In this document: positions 18,595 to 27,804 of the stretch, piece after piece
How positions within the stretch are numbered: the first letter of the stretch is position 1
Layout: each line of letters opens with the position of its first letter
DNA from: an uncultured virus (IMG/VR IMGVR_UViG_3300006752_000023)
Lineage: Duplodnaviria > Heunggongvirae > Uroviricota > Caudoviricetes
Virus record (IMG/VR): IMGVR_UViG_3300006752_000023
DNA length: 64,000 bases
Reading direction: 5' to 3' (one strand)
Program-made: the position numbers and the translations under genes
The notes under the pieces: model-generated
What the model was told of the DNA's origin: nothing
Seen by the model: only the letters and a program-made list of their open reading frames with translations
The model's database searches: none

Positions 18595-18908
18595 TAGTCT
18601 CGTTGTCTCCAATCATCAGGTTTGTCAGTATGGAACCAGTCCTTAATATCATCAGCACTGTTGAACCCCGTTCTATGATTGGATGGATCGGGGTCTCCTA
18701 AACCCATCCTATTCAGAAAATCGTCGGTACTACCTTCTTCAATGTCTTGAGAAGATTGTCGTCGTGCTTTTTGCAACCAATCCCGAGCAGTAGTATGACT
18801 CTTTGCCAACTTCTCTGCCCAGATCATGTCGTCTAGTTTTACCTCTTCACCATTAGCAATACATTTACAGATAAATTCTAGTCTTAATCGATATTGTGTA
18901 GAAAGCAT
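18594..18908 (-). CDS. Conserved cyanophage hypothetical protein
   Basis: MLSTQYRLRLEFIC..GLGDPDPSNH..DDWRQRD; late-type CTAAATA at 18934-18928. Confidence 0.78.
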   Translation of the reverse strand: MLSTQYRLRLEFICKCIANGEEVKLDDMIWAEKLAKSHTTARDWLQKARRQSSQDIEEGSTDDFLNRMGLGDPDPSNHRTGFNSADDIKDWFHTDKPDDWRQRD

Positions 18909-18935
18909 TTGAAACCCCTAGCAAACTTATTTAGT

Positions 18936-19601
18936 CTATACTTGTACCCAGTGATGTGGTGATGTGACCACATTTTCGTAGTTGTGGTCTACATTTATAG
19001 TAGAGGTTACAAAGATATCATAGACGATTGAAGCTCTAAAGTCAACCCCACTAAACTCTGTTACCCTATGCAAAATATTAGATGGAAAAATAATTAGATC
19101 ACCATCTTCTGGATCTAAATTATAAAGACAATAATCATCAAGAACATTTAATGAAAGATTATCCATGTAACTTTCTGATGCAAGAGTCAATGTTCCACCG
19201 TCGCCCTCAGTTCTTAAGTAATAGACGCCACTAAAGTGGGATCCCTTATGCAAGTGATCTGGATTACCACCATCTTCTAATCTACACACATTAGGCCAGG
19301 ACTTTTGAAAGAAAATATCATGCACATAATCCTCACCACTATCAGTTTTTCTGCATATACCAGATAGATATTGCCTAGTAGCATGTGCCATCTGAGCATT
19401 CAACCAATAAAATTCTTTAGTTTTATGTAAAAGGAAAAACTTTGGAATGTCTTGATCACCAGTAAAGTTACCAGTATCTTCAATCTCTTCCAAGTTCTTA
19501 TAGTAAAACTCCTCACAAAGATTCATCATTCCTTCCCACTCTTTTTGTGGACAAGAAACATTTGATTTGTAAATTGCTGTTGGAAAAATATGTTTTATCA
19601 T
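18936..19601 (-). CDS. Putative 2OG-Fe(II) oxygenase (TIGR02466-like)
   Basis: IFPTAIY, SWPN, HLH, SGVYYL, GDLIIFPSNILHRV. Confidence 0.82.
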   Translation of the reverse strand: MIKHIFPTAIYKSNVSCPQKEWEGMMNLCEEFYYKNLEEIEDTGNFTGDQDIPKFFLLHKTKEFYWLNAQMAHATRQYLSGICRKTDSGEDYVHDIFFQKSWPNVCRLEDGGNPDHLHKGSHFSGVYYLRTEGDGGTLTLASESYMDNLSLNVLDDYCLYNLDPEDGDLIIFPSNILHRVTEFSGVDFRASIVYDIFVTSTINVDHNYENVVTSPHHWVQV

Positions 19602-19602
19602 A

Positions 19603-19674
19603 AGCCAGTTACAGGATTTGAACCAGTGACCTGATCTTTACAAAAGACCTGCTCTACCACTGAGCTAAACTGGC
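19603..19674 (-). tRNA. tRNA-Thr(TGT)
   Basis: GCCAGTTTAGCTCAGTGGTAGAGCAGGTCTTT-TGT-AAAGATCAGGTCACTGGTTCAAATCCTGTAACTGGCT; one T-stem mismatch. Confidence 0.92.
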
Positions 19675-20306
19675 AAGGTGATTGTGATTACTGGTTTGTA
19701 AAGCCAACCAGTTTTGCAATAATTACAGTTCTTAGGGACTTCAACCTCATAAGGTTTGAAACTCATATCAAACTGCGATTTAATATTCATGGTACTTAGC
19801 ATGGCATAGTACCTATCAATGTGACCTTGCATTAGTTCACCTTGACTAGAACAATAGAAAGAGAATTTTGCGATCTCTCTCGCGTGTTCATAGACACATG
19901 TTATTATAAAATAACAAGTCTCGCAACCAGCATACTGACGAGTCACCTCTGGTTTTTCTTCCATGTAAGGATCATAAAAGAAGCAGTCATACTTACCAAG
20001 ACCAGTAGTGTCTGGCCAAGCTTGGTTTAGAATGGTGATATTGGAGTAGTCTTTTGACCATTCCACTGCTCTATTATACACCACTGGGTCTGGCTCTAGA
20101 ACAGTATATGACTTAATATTATGTTTTTGAAATTGGGTGGCAGAGTATCCCATACCAAACCCAATCTCAAGAACATCTCCATATGGTTCTAGGGCATCAA
20201 CACAATCTTCCATGTACTTCTTTTCCCACTCCATCATATATTGATGATGATCAGAAGTACCATAAAGAATATCTTGATTGTTTATGTCTCTTGTGTATTC
20301 TGCCAT
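19665..20306 (-). CDS. SAM-dependent N-methyltransferase (GAMT/Rmt2-like)
   Basis: MMEWEKKYM, DVLEIGFGMGYSA, YDCFFYD; likely start 20306. Confidence 0.8.
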   Translation of the reverse strand: MAEYTRDINNQDILYGTSDHHQYMMEWEKKYMEDCVDALEPYGDVLEIGFGMGYSATQFQKHNIKSYTVLEPDPVVYNRAVEWSKDYSNITILNQAWPDTTGLGKYDCFFYDPYMEEKPEVTRQYAGCETCYFIITCVYEHAREIAKFSFYCSSQGELMQGHIDRYYAMLSTMNIKSQFDMSFKPYEVEVPKNCNYCKTGWLYKPVITITLPV

Positions 20307-20313
20307 AACTAAT

Positions 20314-20811
20314 TTAAACTGGCGTAAACCATATCTGTAGACTATATCTAAAGTCATCAGAGTACGGAGAAACTGTGGTTACCATATGATCCTCGTTCTC
20401 TGCATTAAGAACCATCATATTATATGTGGGGTTAAGTGCTCTCAACTCTTCTCCATCATTCCATATAAAGATACCTCCCCAATTGATATCCCACTCTTTG
20501 TTTAAGTATATAGTACACCCATACCGACCGTTATCGTCATGCATAGATATACCAGAATTTTTATGCCAAACATAAAGTTGTACCTCAGCGTCATCATATG
20601 GTAGAACATATGGATCTATACATCTTAACACAGAATGCCTAAGTTCTATAGGTAAGTTAGTCATGGTGACATTTCCTGTCACACCAACCTTTAACGAGTC
20701 ATTCCAAAATAACTCACTAACAGCCCAAACATTTTCTCCTAAAGAATCCTCAAGAAATTTTTCACAGTTAAGTAAAACTTCTTCAGTCAGCACCCCATAT
20801 TTTATAATCAT
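20314..20811 (-). CDS. 2OG-Fe(II) oxygenase (prolyl-4-hydroxylase-like)
   Basis: MHDD, TIYLNKEWDINWGG, HMVTTV, RYSLQIW; likely start 20811. Confidence 0.85.
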   Translation of the reverse strand: MIIKYGVLTEEVLLNCEKFLEDSLGENVWAVSELFWNDSLKVGVTGNVTMTNLPIELRHSVLRCIDPYVLPYDDAEVQLYVWHKNSGISMHDDNGRYGCTIYLNKEWDINWGGIFIWNDGEELRALNPTYNMMVLNAENEDHMVTTVSPYSDDFRYSLQIWFTPV

Positions 20812-21229
20812 AATAATCTTTTTTATAATAACGACCCAAGATATTACTGTTGTAATACTTGGGGTCACCGTTTTCAAGAGATTCTGTTAGGACAGAATGG
20901 ACAAATAATTGTTTGGTTTCTTCGTAGTTAACTTTACCCTTTGTTAATTGTAACGAAAGTATTTCTCGTCTGAAGGAACTATTTCCAAGTCCACGGCGGT
21001 CCTGATTAAGTTCGTCAGAACTTCCGTAGTATCTTTTCCAGTCGCTCTCACTTTTAACTCTCCTACCTCCACCTCTAGGCTTTCGTAGTTGGTAAAAGTA
21101 TTTCCTACCGATGTATTGTCTACCTGATTCAAGATTAGTAATCCGGTAGACAAAACCGACAAACTCACCAATGTTCTCAGATAAAAAAGGTTGTCCTTCA
21201 AAAATCCAGGGGTTTTCATAATCAACCAT
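20783..21229 (-). CDS. GIY-YIG endonuclease (Seg-like)
   Basis: GFVYRITN..RQYIGRK, YYGSS, REIL, YYN. Confidence 0.85.
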   Translation of the reverse strand: MVDYENPWIFEGQPFLSENIGEFVGFVYRITNLESGRQYIGRKYFYQLRKPRGGGRRVKSESDWKRYYGSSDELNQDRRGLGNSSFRREILSLQLTKGKVNYEETKQLFVHSVLTESLENGDPKYYNSNILGRYYKKDYYDYKIWGAD

Positions 21230-21264
21230 GATGTATTTAAACTATATTATATAGTTGTGGAATA

Positions 21265-22896
21265 TCAGACTCCTTTAACTAACATAGCACCACGCTTTTC
21301 ACCAAACTTTTTCATTCTTTTTTGTCTGTCAGACAGTCCATCATTGGCGTAATCGCGGTATGTATTACCGTGACCATCAACAGCAGTTGCTTTTACACCA
21401 GCTTGTTCTGCGACAGATGAATCATTCATAAACTCATCAATGATCTCAACAATCTGAGCACCAGTGAGTTGCATCATAATCTCTTCTGCTTCCTCTACAC
21501 TCTCAATAAGGTTGTTCTCACTAAGAAAAGCAAGAATTACATCATAGTGGCTAACATCTTCAAAGTGAGGGTTTTTCTGACCCTTCACTTTTTCCATATC
21601 TTTACGAGCCTTCTCATTATTTTCCTGACGCTTCTTCATATTAGTCTCAAGATACTCAGGATGGTCATCCACCTTCATCCCACGCTTCTTCTCAAGGCGT
21701 TCCTTTCTCTCCTTAGTACCCTTTTCAGAATCCTTATCCCGGATACCTTCTAACAATCCACCTTCCTTTACACAGTTAGGAACTTCCTTACCGTTCTTTT
21801 TCTTAGTACCCTTTGCCGTGTAACCGTCCCAGCAAGTAGAAGCACCAACATTCTTACGAGCTTTCTTCAAACTTTCAAAGAAATTGCCCTTAGACTCAAT
21901 CTCTTCCTTCGTTACTTTCTTAGCCTTGTTAGCAGCAACAGCAGCACGATGTTGTGCAAGGGTTTTATAACGACCTACCTTTGTCTTATCATTGGCACCA
22001 GTGTAGGTACTAGCAGCAGACTTAGGACCTTGACCTTCTTTACTACCACCAGCAATAGCTGCTCTACTTGTAATAGGACCAGTAGGTTTTGGCTTTGGTT
22101 TAGGTGTTGGACTAGGTGTAGGTGATGGAGTTGGTGTTGGGGAAGGTGTAGGACTTGGTGTGGGTGATGGTGTTGGACTTGGAGTAGGAGTAGGAGTTTT
22201 ACCTGGATCTCCATAGACCTTACCTTTAGTCATTCCGATATGGTCAGGAACTGTAGGTTTAGTTTTTGTAGGAGGATCAATAGGAGCAGCACCCTTAGTT
22301 TTCAGTTCTGGTGGAACACCTTTACCACCTTTGTTACGATAGTCTTGTGCTCTCATAACTTCTGGAGAAACAGATCTACTACTCTGAGGGTTTCCTGAGA
22401 AGAAATTGCCTGCGTTTCTCTTCACATCACGAAGTTTCTGCATCAAATCAAATTCCACAATGATAGCTCTTGCCTGCCGCTTCTCTGCAGTGTCAAGATT
22501 CTCATTGATCCTAGGGTTAACTGCCTTTAATGCAGCACGAAACTCATACCCAACCACCTCAGGAGGAAATGCTTCTACAATATTATCAATAAGTCTAGAG
22601 TTCTCATATCCATCTTCGACCAGAATCTCTGCAATAGCAAAGTACTGTTCAGCAAATACAGGATTCATAGCCTGTAGTCTCTTCAGATAGAAGGACTCAC
22701 ATGTACACTTATCAGTTTTCTTCTTCTTACTGCCAGGAGAATACTTACCTAACATTAAACGCTTGTTAGTTTCATCTTCAGTTTCTGCCGTCTCACCCTT
22801 AGAGGCATCCATGCGAGCTGCACCTTTTGGGTCAATCGCTTCAGAAGCAATCTGAGCATAAGAGTCCGCAAGTTTTTTAAGATCAGAGGAAAGCAT
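21265..22896 (-). CDS. Large late K/E-rich mosaic protein with Pro-Thr/Pro-Ser repeat (putative internal virion protein)
   Basis: 543-aa ORF, (PTPS)n tract, CWDGY..GTKKKNGKEVPNCV module, late promoter upstream. Confidence 0.7.
   Translation of the reverse strand: MLSSDLKKLADSYAQIASEAIDPKGAARMDASKGETAETEDETNKRLMLGKYSPGSKKKKTDKCTCESFYLKRLQAMNPVFAEQYFAIAEILVEDGYENSRLIDNIVEAFPPEVVGYEFRAALKAVNPRINENLDTAEKRQARAIIVEFDLMQKLRDVKRNAGNFFSGNPQSSRSVSPEVMRAQDYRNKGGKGVPPELKTKGAAPIDPPTKTKPTVPDHIGMTKGKVYGDPGKTPTPTPSPTPSPTPSPTPSPTPTPSPTPSPTPKPKPKPTGPITSRAAIAGGSKEGQGPKSAASTYTGANDKTKVGRYKTLAQHRAAVAANKAKKVTKEEIESKGNFFESLKKARKNVGASTCWDGYTAKGTKKKNGKEVPNCVKEGGLLEGIRDKDSEKGTKERKERLEKKRGMKVDDHPEYLETNMKKRQENNEKARKDMEKVKGQKNPHFEDVSHYDVILAFLSENNLIESVEEAEEIMMQLTGAQIVEIIDEFMNDSSVAEQAGVKATAVDGHGNTYRDYANDGLSDRQKRMKKFGEKRGAMLVKGV
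22084..22198 (-). repeat. Coding tandem repeat encoding TPTPTPSPTPSPTPSPTPSPTPTPSPTPSPTPKPKPKP
   Basis: Degenerate 6/12-bp periodicity inside 21265-22896. Confidence 0.9.
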
Positions 22897-22922
22897 TTCT
22901 CTTCAACATATTCCAGTAGAAT

Positions 22923-22930
22923 TATTTATA
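22923..22930 (-). promoter_or_regulatory. T4-type late promoter TATAAATA
   Basis: Exact match 26 nt upstream of ATG 22896. Confidence 0.82.
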
Positions 22931-22935
22931 AGCAT

Positions 22936-22972
22936 AAAAAAAGAGGGTTACCTGACTGTGACCAGGACCCTC
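22936..22972 (-). terminator. Terminator after nrdB (also the end of a candidate sRNA)
   Basis: AGAGGGT-CCTG..CAGG-TA-ACCCTCT stem followed by a T-run. Confidence 0.8.
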
Positions 22973-22993
22973 TGCGGCGACGATATACTGTAT

Positions 22994-24184
22994 TTATAGT
23001 TGGAACCCAGCAAAGGTATCCTTTTTCACATCCTGCTTAATACCACCAACGATATAAGACTCAACCTCTGTCTCCTGAGGTGCTACCTGGAGACCCTTAG
23101 AGGATGTCCAATGCGTAGTCCAGGGCAGTGGGTTGTTCTTAGCAGCAATATCATAGATAGGATCAAGACCAATCGCTTTCATACGACGGTTAGCTACCCA
23201 CTCAACATACTGGGATAAAAGTTTTTCATTCAAACCAATCATAGATCCGTCTTTGAACAAATACTCTGCCCATTGCTTCTCTTGTCCGACAGCTTCCTTA
23301 AAGGTATCAATCAACCACGATTGTTCCTCTTTAGCAATCTGTTGCATGTCTGGGTCATCGCCCTTCTTCCAGTTGTTGAGGATGTTTTGAGTAATGACAA
23401 GATGGAGGTTTTCGTCTCTTGCGATGAGAGAGATAATTTTAGCGGATCCTTCCATAAGCTTGAGTTCACCAAACGCAAACGAGCAAGCGAACGAGACATA
23501 AAACCTGATGCCTTCGAGAATATTGACATTGGCAACAGCGCGAAATAGTTTTCTCTTTAATTCATATCTAGTACTTCTAAAGGTTCCTGCACCTTCTTGA
23601 GCATGAATCCAATCATCAGTATTACCATACTGTTGGGCAGCATTGATAAACTCATCATAAGCATGTGTGATTGATCTAGCCCTTTCTAGAATCCTTTCAT
23701 CATGAATGATAGTGTCAAAGATCTCTGAAGGATCACTATAAACATTTTTAATAATGTAAGTATAGGATCTACTATGAATCATCTCCATAAACTGCCAAGC
23801 ATTCATACATGCTTCTAGTTCAGGAAGAGAACAGTACGGGCTGAATGCCATGCCAGGACCACGACCTTGAATAGAATCAAGCATGATCTGGTACTTCAGA
23901 TTAGAAGTATAGATATGCTTTTGTTCTGGGCGAAGTAGTTGATAATCGCCCCGATCCTTCTGTAGAGAGACCTCTTCTGGTCTCCAGAAATATCCCAACT
24001 GCTGAGTCGTTAACCTATCAAAGACAGGATACTTATAGGAATCATATCTTTGAACTCCAAGTGGAGCACCGAAAAACATTGGTTGTTTCATTGTACTATG
24101 ATCACTCGTATTAAAAACTGTCATCCCACGAACACTAGTTTTAGGCATGGGATCAGCGTTGATTTTAAATTGCACAGGCGTCAC
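22994..24184 (-). CDS. nrdB: Ribonucleotide reductase class Ia beta subunit
   Basis: FWRPEE, DSIQGR, EMIHSRSY, LEGIRFYVSF, RDENLH, VAPQETEVESY. Confidence 0.98.
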   Translation of the reverse strand: MTPVQFKINADPMPKTSVRGMTVFNTSDHSTMKQPMFFGAPLGVQRYDSYKYPVFDRLTTQQLGYFWRPEEVSLQKDRGDYQLLRPEQKHIYTSNLKYQIMLDSIQGRGPGMAFSPYCSLPELEACMNAWQFMEMIHSRSYTYIIKNVYSDPSEIFDTIIHDERILERARSITHAYDEFINAAQQYGNTDDWIHAQEGAGTFRSTRYELKRKLFRAVANVNILEGIRFYVSFACSFAFGELKLMEGSAKIISLIARDENLHLVITQNILNNWKKGDDPDMQQIAKEEQSWLIDTFKEAVGQEKQWAEYLFKDGSMIGLNEKLLSQYVEWVANRRMKAIGLDPIYDIAAKNNPLPWTTHWTSSKGLQVAPQETEVESYIVGGIKQDVKKDTFAGFQL

Positions 24185-26453
24185 ACTCGTCTTCTTTACT
24201 TAGGTTGGTTAGTAGGGTATTTAGATCTGGCGTTTCTTCTTCTATCTCATCATTTTTATTATCATAAGTGTTCTGATAATAGCTAGTCTTCCAACCGTAC
24301 TTATATGTAGTAAGTAGATCATTTGCCATCTGAGACACAGGAACTTCATTGTCAGGGTAGTTCTCTGGATTGTAACTCCAGTTACCAGATATAGCCTGAT
24401 CAAAGAACTTTTGCATTACAGCAACGATCTTAATGTAACCATCATTTGATGGCATATCCCAGAGAAGAGTGTAGTGACTCTTGTGAGTATTATACTGTGG
24501 AACGATTTGCTTGAGTGGTCCTTTTTTAGACTTCTTAACGGACAGGTATCCACGAGGAGGTTCAATTCCATTGGTTGCGTTTGACACAACGGAGCTGCTC
24601 TCTGAAGGCATTTGTGCGGACAGTGTTGAGTTCCTAAGACCGTTGGATACGATAGATTCTCTAAGACCTTCCCAATCATATTTCAGAGTATGAGGTACGA
24701 TGCCGTCAACATCTTTCTTGTATGTATCAATTGGCAACATGCCAGTGGAATATTTAGTCCTATCAAAATATCCACAAGGTCCATACTCTTTAGCAAGCTG
24801 ATTAGATGACTTCAATAAGTAATATTGAAACGCCTCTGTAAGGTCGTGTACCAGTTGATGTGCCGCAGGATCATCATATCCCACCTTATGCTTAGCCAGA
24901 TAGTGTGCAAGACCGATATAACCTACACCGAGAGACCTACGATTCTTAGTACCAATCTCAGCAGCCTTAACAGGATATCCTTGGAAGTCGATCAAGGCAT
25001 CAAGTCCACGAACAGAAAGATCACAAAGTTCCTCCAGTTCATCTAGACTACGAAGTTTACCCACATTGATAGCAGAAAGAATGCACAGTGCAATCTCACC
25101 TTCACCATCAATATGTTGGAGAGGTTTAGTTGGAAGAGTAATTTCCTGACATAGATTACTCATTTCTACCTTATCCCTAAAGGATGAGTGAGAATTGCAA
25201 TGATCAATGTTCATGATATAGATACGACCAGTCTCTGCCCGTTCCTTAAGAAGACTTAAGAATAGCTCCTGAGCTGATACAGTTTGTCTCGGAATAGATC
25301 TATCTGATTCATAGTCCACATAGCGAGCGTCAAATGCATCAGTCCCAAAAGCATCATAGAGACCCGGCACATCGTGAGGACTGAAGAGTGTGATTTGCCC
25401 ATTTGAAATAAACCTCTCATAAAAGAGTTTACTAAGTTGAATACTATAATCTAACTTACGGACACGATTGTCTTCAGTTCCCTTATTGTTCTTCAGAACA
25501 ATTATGTCTTGGATTTCTTTGTGCCAGATAGGAAAGTGAACTGTAGCAGAACCACCTCTGATGCCGTTCTGAGTGCAGCATCTGACAGTGCTCTCAAACT
25601 TTTTAAGGAAGGGGATAATGCCTGTGTGTTGTACCTCACCGCCTCTAATTTTAGAATTGATCCCACGAATTCTGCCTGCGTTAATACCAATACCAGCCCT
25701 TTGTGCGACATATTTACCAATAGCCATATCGCTGCTAAAGATACTATCGAGGGAGTCATCAACATCAACGAGAACACAAGATGCAAATTGACGCAAGGGT
25801 GTTCTGACCCCTCCCATGATTGGCGTTGGGATGTTGACTTTGTGCTTGCTGATTGCTTCGTAGTATTTTCTGACATATTCTAGCCTAGTATCTTTGGGAT
25901 ATTCCGCAAAAATAGTAGCGGCAATCATCAGGTACATGAATTGTGGAGTCTCGTAGACTTCACCACTACTGCGATCCTGGACTAGGTATTTATCTGCAAC
26001 CTGTCGCAATCCAGCATAAGTGAATAAGAAATCGCGATCATGATCAATGAGCAAGTTTAGATCTTCCCATTCCTCAGAAGAATACTTAGAAATAATCTCA
26101 GCATCATAGACTCCACGGGCGACACAATTATCAATATGTAATTGTAGAGATGGAGACTCATGCATACGACCCCATAGTTGCTTCCTGAGAGCGAACAGAA
26201 GGAGTCTTGCAGCAACGAATTGATAGTTGGGGTTATCTAGATCGATAAGGTCGGAAGCAGAGCGAATTAGAATCTCCTGAATTTCAACTGTTGTAACTCC
26301 ATCATAAAATTGAATTCCAGAATTAATTTCAATTTGAGAGGCTGAAACACCAGCAAGATCTTTGCATGCCTCTTCTACCATTTTGTGCATCTTGTTTAGA
26401 TCAAGAATCTCTAACGATCCTGATCTCTTACGAACCTTAGTCCCGTTTGTCAT
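24165..26453 (-). CDS. nrdA: Ribonucleotide reductase class Ia alpha subunit
   Basis: ATP cone, PTPIM, SCVL, SNLCQEI, MPSESSS..NATNGIEP, KTSYY, C-terminal CDAC. Confidence 0.98.
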   Translation of the reverse strand: MTNGTKVRKRSGSLEILDLNKMHKMVEEACKDLAGVSASQIEINSGIQFYDGVTTVEIQEILIRSASDLIDLDNPNYQFVAARLLLFALRKQLWGRMHESPSLQLHIDNCVARGVYDAEIISKYSSEEWEDLNLLIDHDRDFLFTYAGLRQVADKYLVQDRSSGEVYETPQFMYLMIAATIFAEYPKDTRLEYVRKYYEAISKHKVNIPTPIMGGVRTPLRQFASCVLVDVDDSLDSIFSSDMAIGKYVAQRAGIGINAGRIRGINSKIRGGEVQHTGIIPFLKKFESTVRCCTQNGIRGGSATVHFPIWHKEIQDIIVLKNNKGTEDNRVRKLDYSIQLSKLFYERFISNGQITLFSPHDVPGLYDAFGTDAFDARYVDYESDRSIPRQTVSAQELFLSLLKERAETGRIYIMNIDHCNSHSSFRDKVEMSNLCQEITLPTKPLQHIDGEGEIALCILSAINVGKLRSLDELEELCDLSVRGLDALIDFQGYPVKAAEIGTKNRRSLGVGYIGLAHYLAKHKVGYDDPAAHQLVHDLTEAFQYYLLKSSNQLAKEYGPCGYFDRTKYSTGMLPIDTYKKDVDGIVPHTLKYDWEGLRESIVSNGLRNSTLSAQMPSESSSVVSNATNGIEPPRGYLSVKKSKKGPLKQIVPQYNTHKSHYTLLWDMPSNDGYIKIVAVMQKFFDQAISGNWSYNPENYPDNEVPVSQMANDLLTTYKYGWKTSYYQNTYDNKNDEIEEETPDLNTLLTNLSKEDECDACAI

Positions 26454-27418
26454 ACCTTCTTCCACTCTGTGAATTTTACTTGTGCTTCAAGACCTGAGTA
26501 TGTATGTGATTCTACCACATCATTTACATTAATGCCACTCAATACCATATCGTTCAGGTCTTTTTCTTGGATACTGCTTGGCCAGATGACGACTTTCTCG
26601 CCTCTAGATATAGTTCTTCCGATGCGTCCAACAATCTCGCCATTACGGGGCTCGTTATCAAAAGTATAAACGCAATCGCCTCCCTCAAGACAACGAAGGT
26701 CACCGTCAGCGCCACACAAAGCCACGCTATTGTTGAGGAAAGTGCTGTCAAAGGGTCCTTCGACCACATAGATTGGTAAGTTCTTATTGGTTGTGTCAAA
26801 TCCATAAATTTTTGGTGCGTTGTCATCAAGCATTACAGTGATGTATTTAACCTTACTACGACCCAGAGCTCTGCCCTGGAATCCAATTAGGTTTTTATTA
26901 TAAAACAAAGGAATTACGATCCTAGACTCTTCAAAAGATGTGCTTGCAAAAACTTTCTTATATGAATTAGCAAAGGTTTTAAACTTCTCTGCAAAATAGA
27001 ATTTGGTGGGGTCGATTCCACGATTCTGTAAATAGGCTCTACCAACTTCCACCTCACTGCATAGAGGGAGAAGGATCTTGGATTGGAATACAGGTTTTTC
27101 AAAAACGAATGTAGGTTCATCAGTTGTAAATGTTTTACCAGTAAATCCACCTTTAAATTTTTCCATAACATACTTCTTATGCAGTGTCGTATCAATCTTC
27201 TTTAGAAGATTGTTAAGCGACATTGAAGCACCACAGTTATGGCACTTAAAATTAGTATTGTTTTTTACCGAATAGATGTACCCTCTAGCCTTATTCTTAT
27301 ACCGCTGAGAGTCGCCACATATAGGGCAACGAAAGTTGTAAAGGTCTGCTTTGACCCTTTTAAATTTTTGAAGTCTAGCAGAAACTAGACCAATATACTT
27401 AGAATCTATTAGATCCAT
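26450..27418 (-). CDS. gp61: DNA primase (T4 gp61)
   Basis: NFRCPICGDS..KARG, CHNC, VVEGPFDS, DNEPRN, KDLND. Confidence 0.96.
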   Translation of the reverse strand: MDLIDSKYIGLVSARLQKFKRVKADLYNFRCPICGDSQRYKNKARGYIYSVKNNTNFKCHNCGASMSLNNLLKKIDTTLHKKYVMEKFKGGFTGKTFTTDEPTFVFEKPVFQSKILLPLCSEVEVGRAYLQNRGIDPTKFYFAEKFKTFANSYKKVFASTSFEESRIVIPLFYNKNLIGFQGRALGRSKVKYITVMLDDNAPKIYGFDTTNKNLPIYVVEGPFDSTFLNNSVALCGADGDLRCLEGGDCVYTFDNEPRNGEIVGRIGRTISRGEKVVIWPSSIQEKDLNDMVLSGINVNDVVESHTYSGLEAQVKFTEWKKV

Positions 27419-27803
27419 TAACCAGTCCAGTGCCTGGTGCTATCATACTGGTTTTTTGTGGCGATGTCAATCCCCTCATCAATGCTTGACCGGGAACGCT
27501 GACCAATAATGAGATCACAGCGAGACCACCGAAGATGGACCACATTTTTTTCTCCATCATCCTGAGTCTGTCATCTACATGACGGATATCTCTCTCACAT
27601 CCTTTCTTGATTGTGTCACATTCTTTGTTCAGATCCGCGTGAAGTCTATCTACTTTTTCAAATAGAATTCCATCAACTTCACCCTGTGTAGATAGTTTTT
27701 CGTTATGTACTGCAAGTAGTTGACCCATCTTTACAGAATTATCCTGTAATGAATCAACTACTTTTTCCAATCTTTCTAGAATCGCTGAGTTAATGTCCGC
27801 CAT
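27399..27803 (-). CDS. Hypothetical coiled-coil protein with C-terminal TM helix
   Basis: LAVHNEKL coiled coil, then WSIFGGLAVISLLVSV. Confidence 0.72.
   Translation of the reverse strand: MADINSAILERLEKVVDSLQDNSVKMGQLLAVHNEKLSTQGEVDGILFEKVDRLHADLNKECDTIKKGCERDIRHVDDRLRMMEKKMWSIFGGLAVISLLVSVPGQALMRGLTSPQKTSMIAPGTGLVNGSNRF
27442..27470 (-). promoter_or_regulatory. sigma70-type promoter for gp61-nrdA-nrdB
   Basis: TTGACA-N17-TATGAT ending 24 nt upstream of the primase ATG. Confidence 0.8.
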
Positions 27804-27804
27804 A

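Noticed and set aside
16454..19674. tRNAs as prophage attachment sites
   Set aside because: No integrase and no duplicated tRNA 3' ends seen; the gene content is that of a lytic T4-like phage.
20783..21229. GIY-YIG gene as a mobile intron-encoded element
   Set aside because: Free-standing, only 148 aa with no evident DNA-binding extension and no interrupted host gene; mobility cannot be supported.
22084..22198. Periodic DNA as a possible CRISPR array or origin
   Set aside because: No constant repeat with unique spacers; the periodicity is explained by Pro-Thr/Ser codons. No cas genes in the window.
22994..26453. Introns or inteins in nrdA/nrdB (also checked gp43, gp41 and the visible part of psbA)
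   Set aside because: ORFs are continuous, of ordinary length, with catalytic motifs in expected order.
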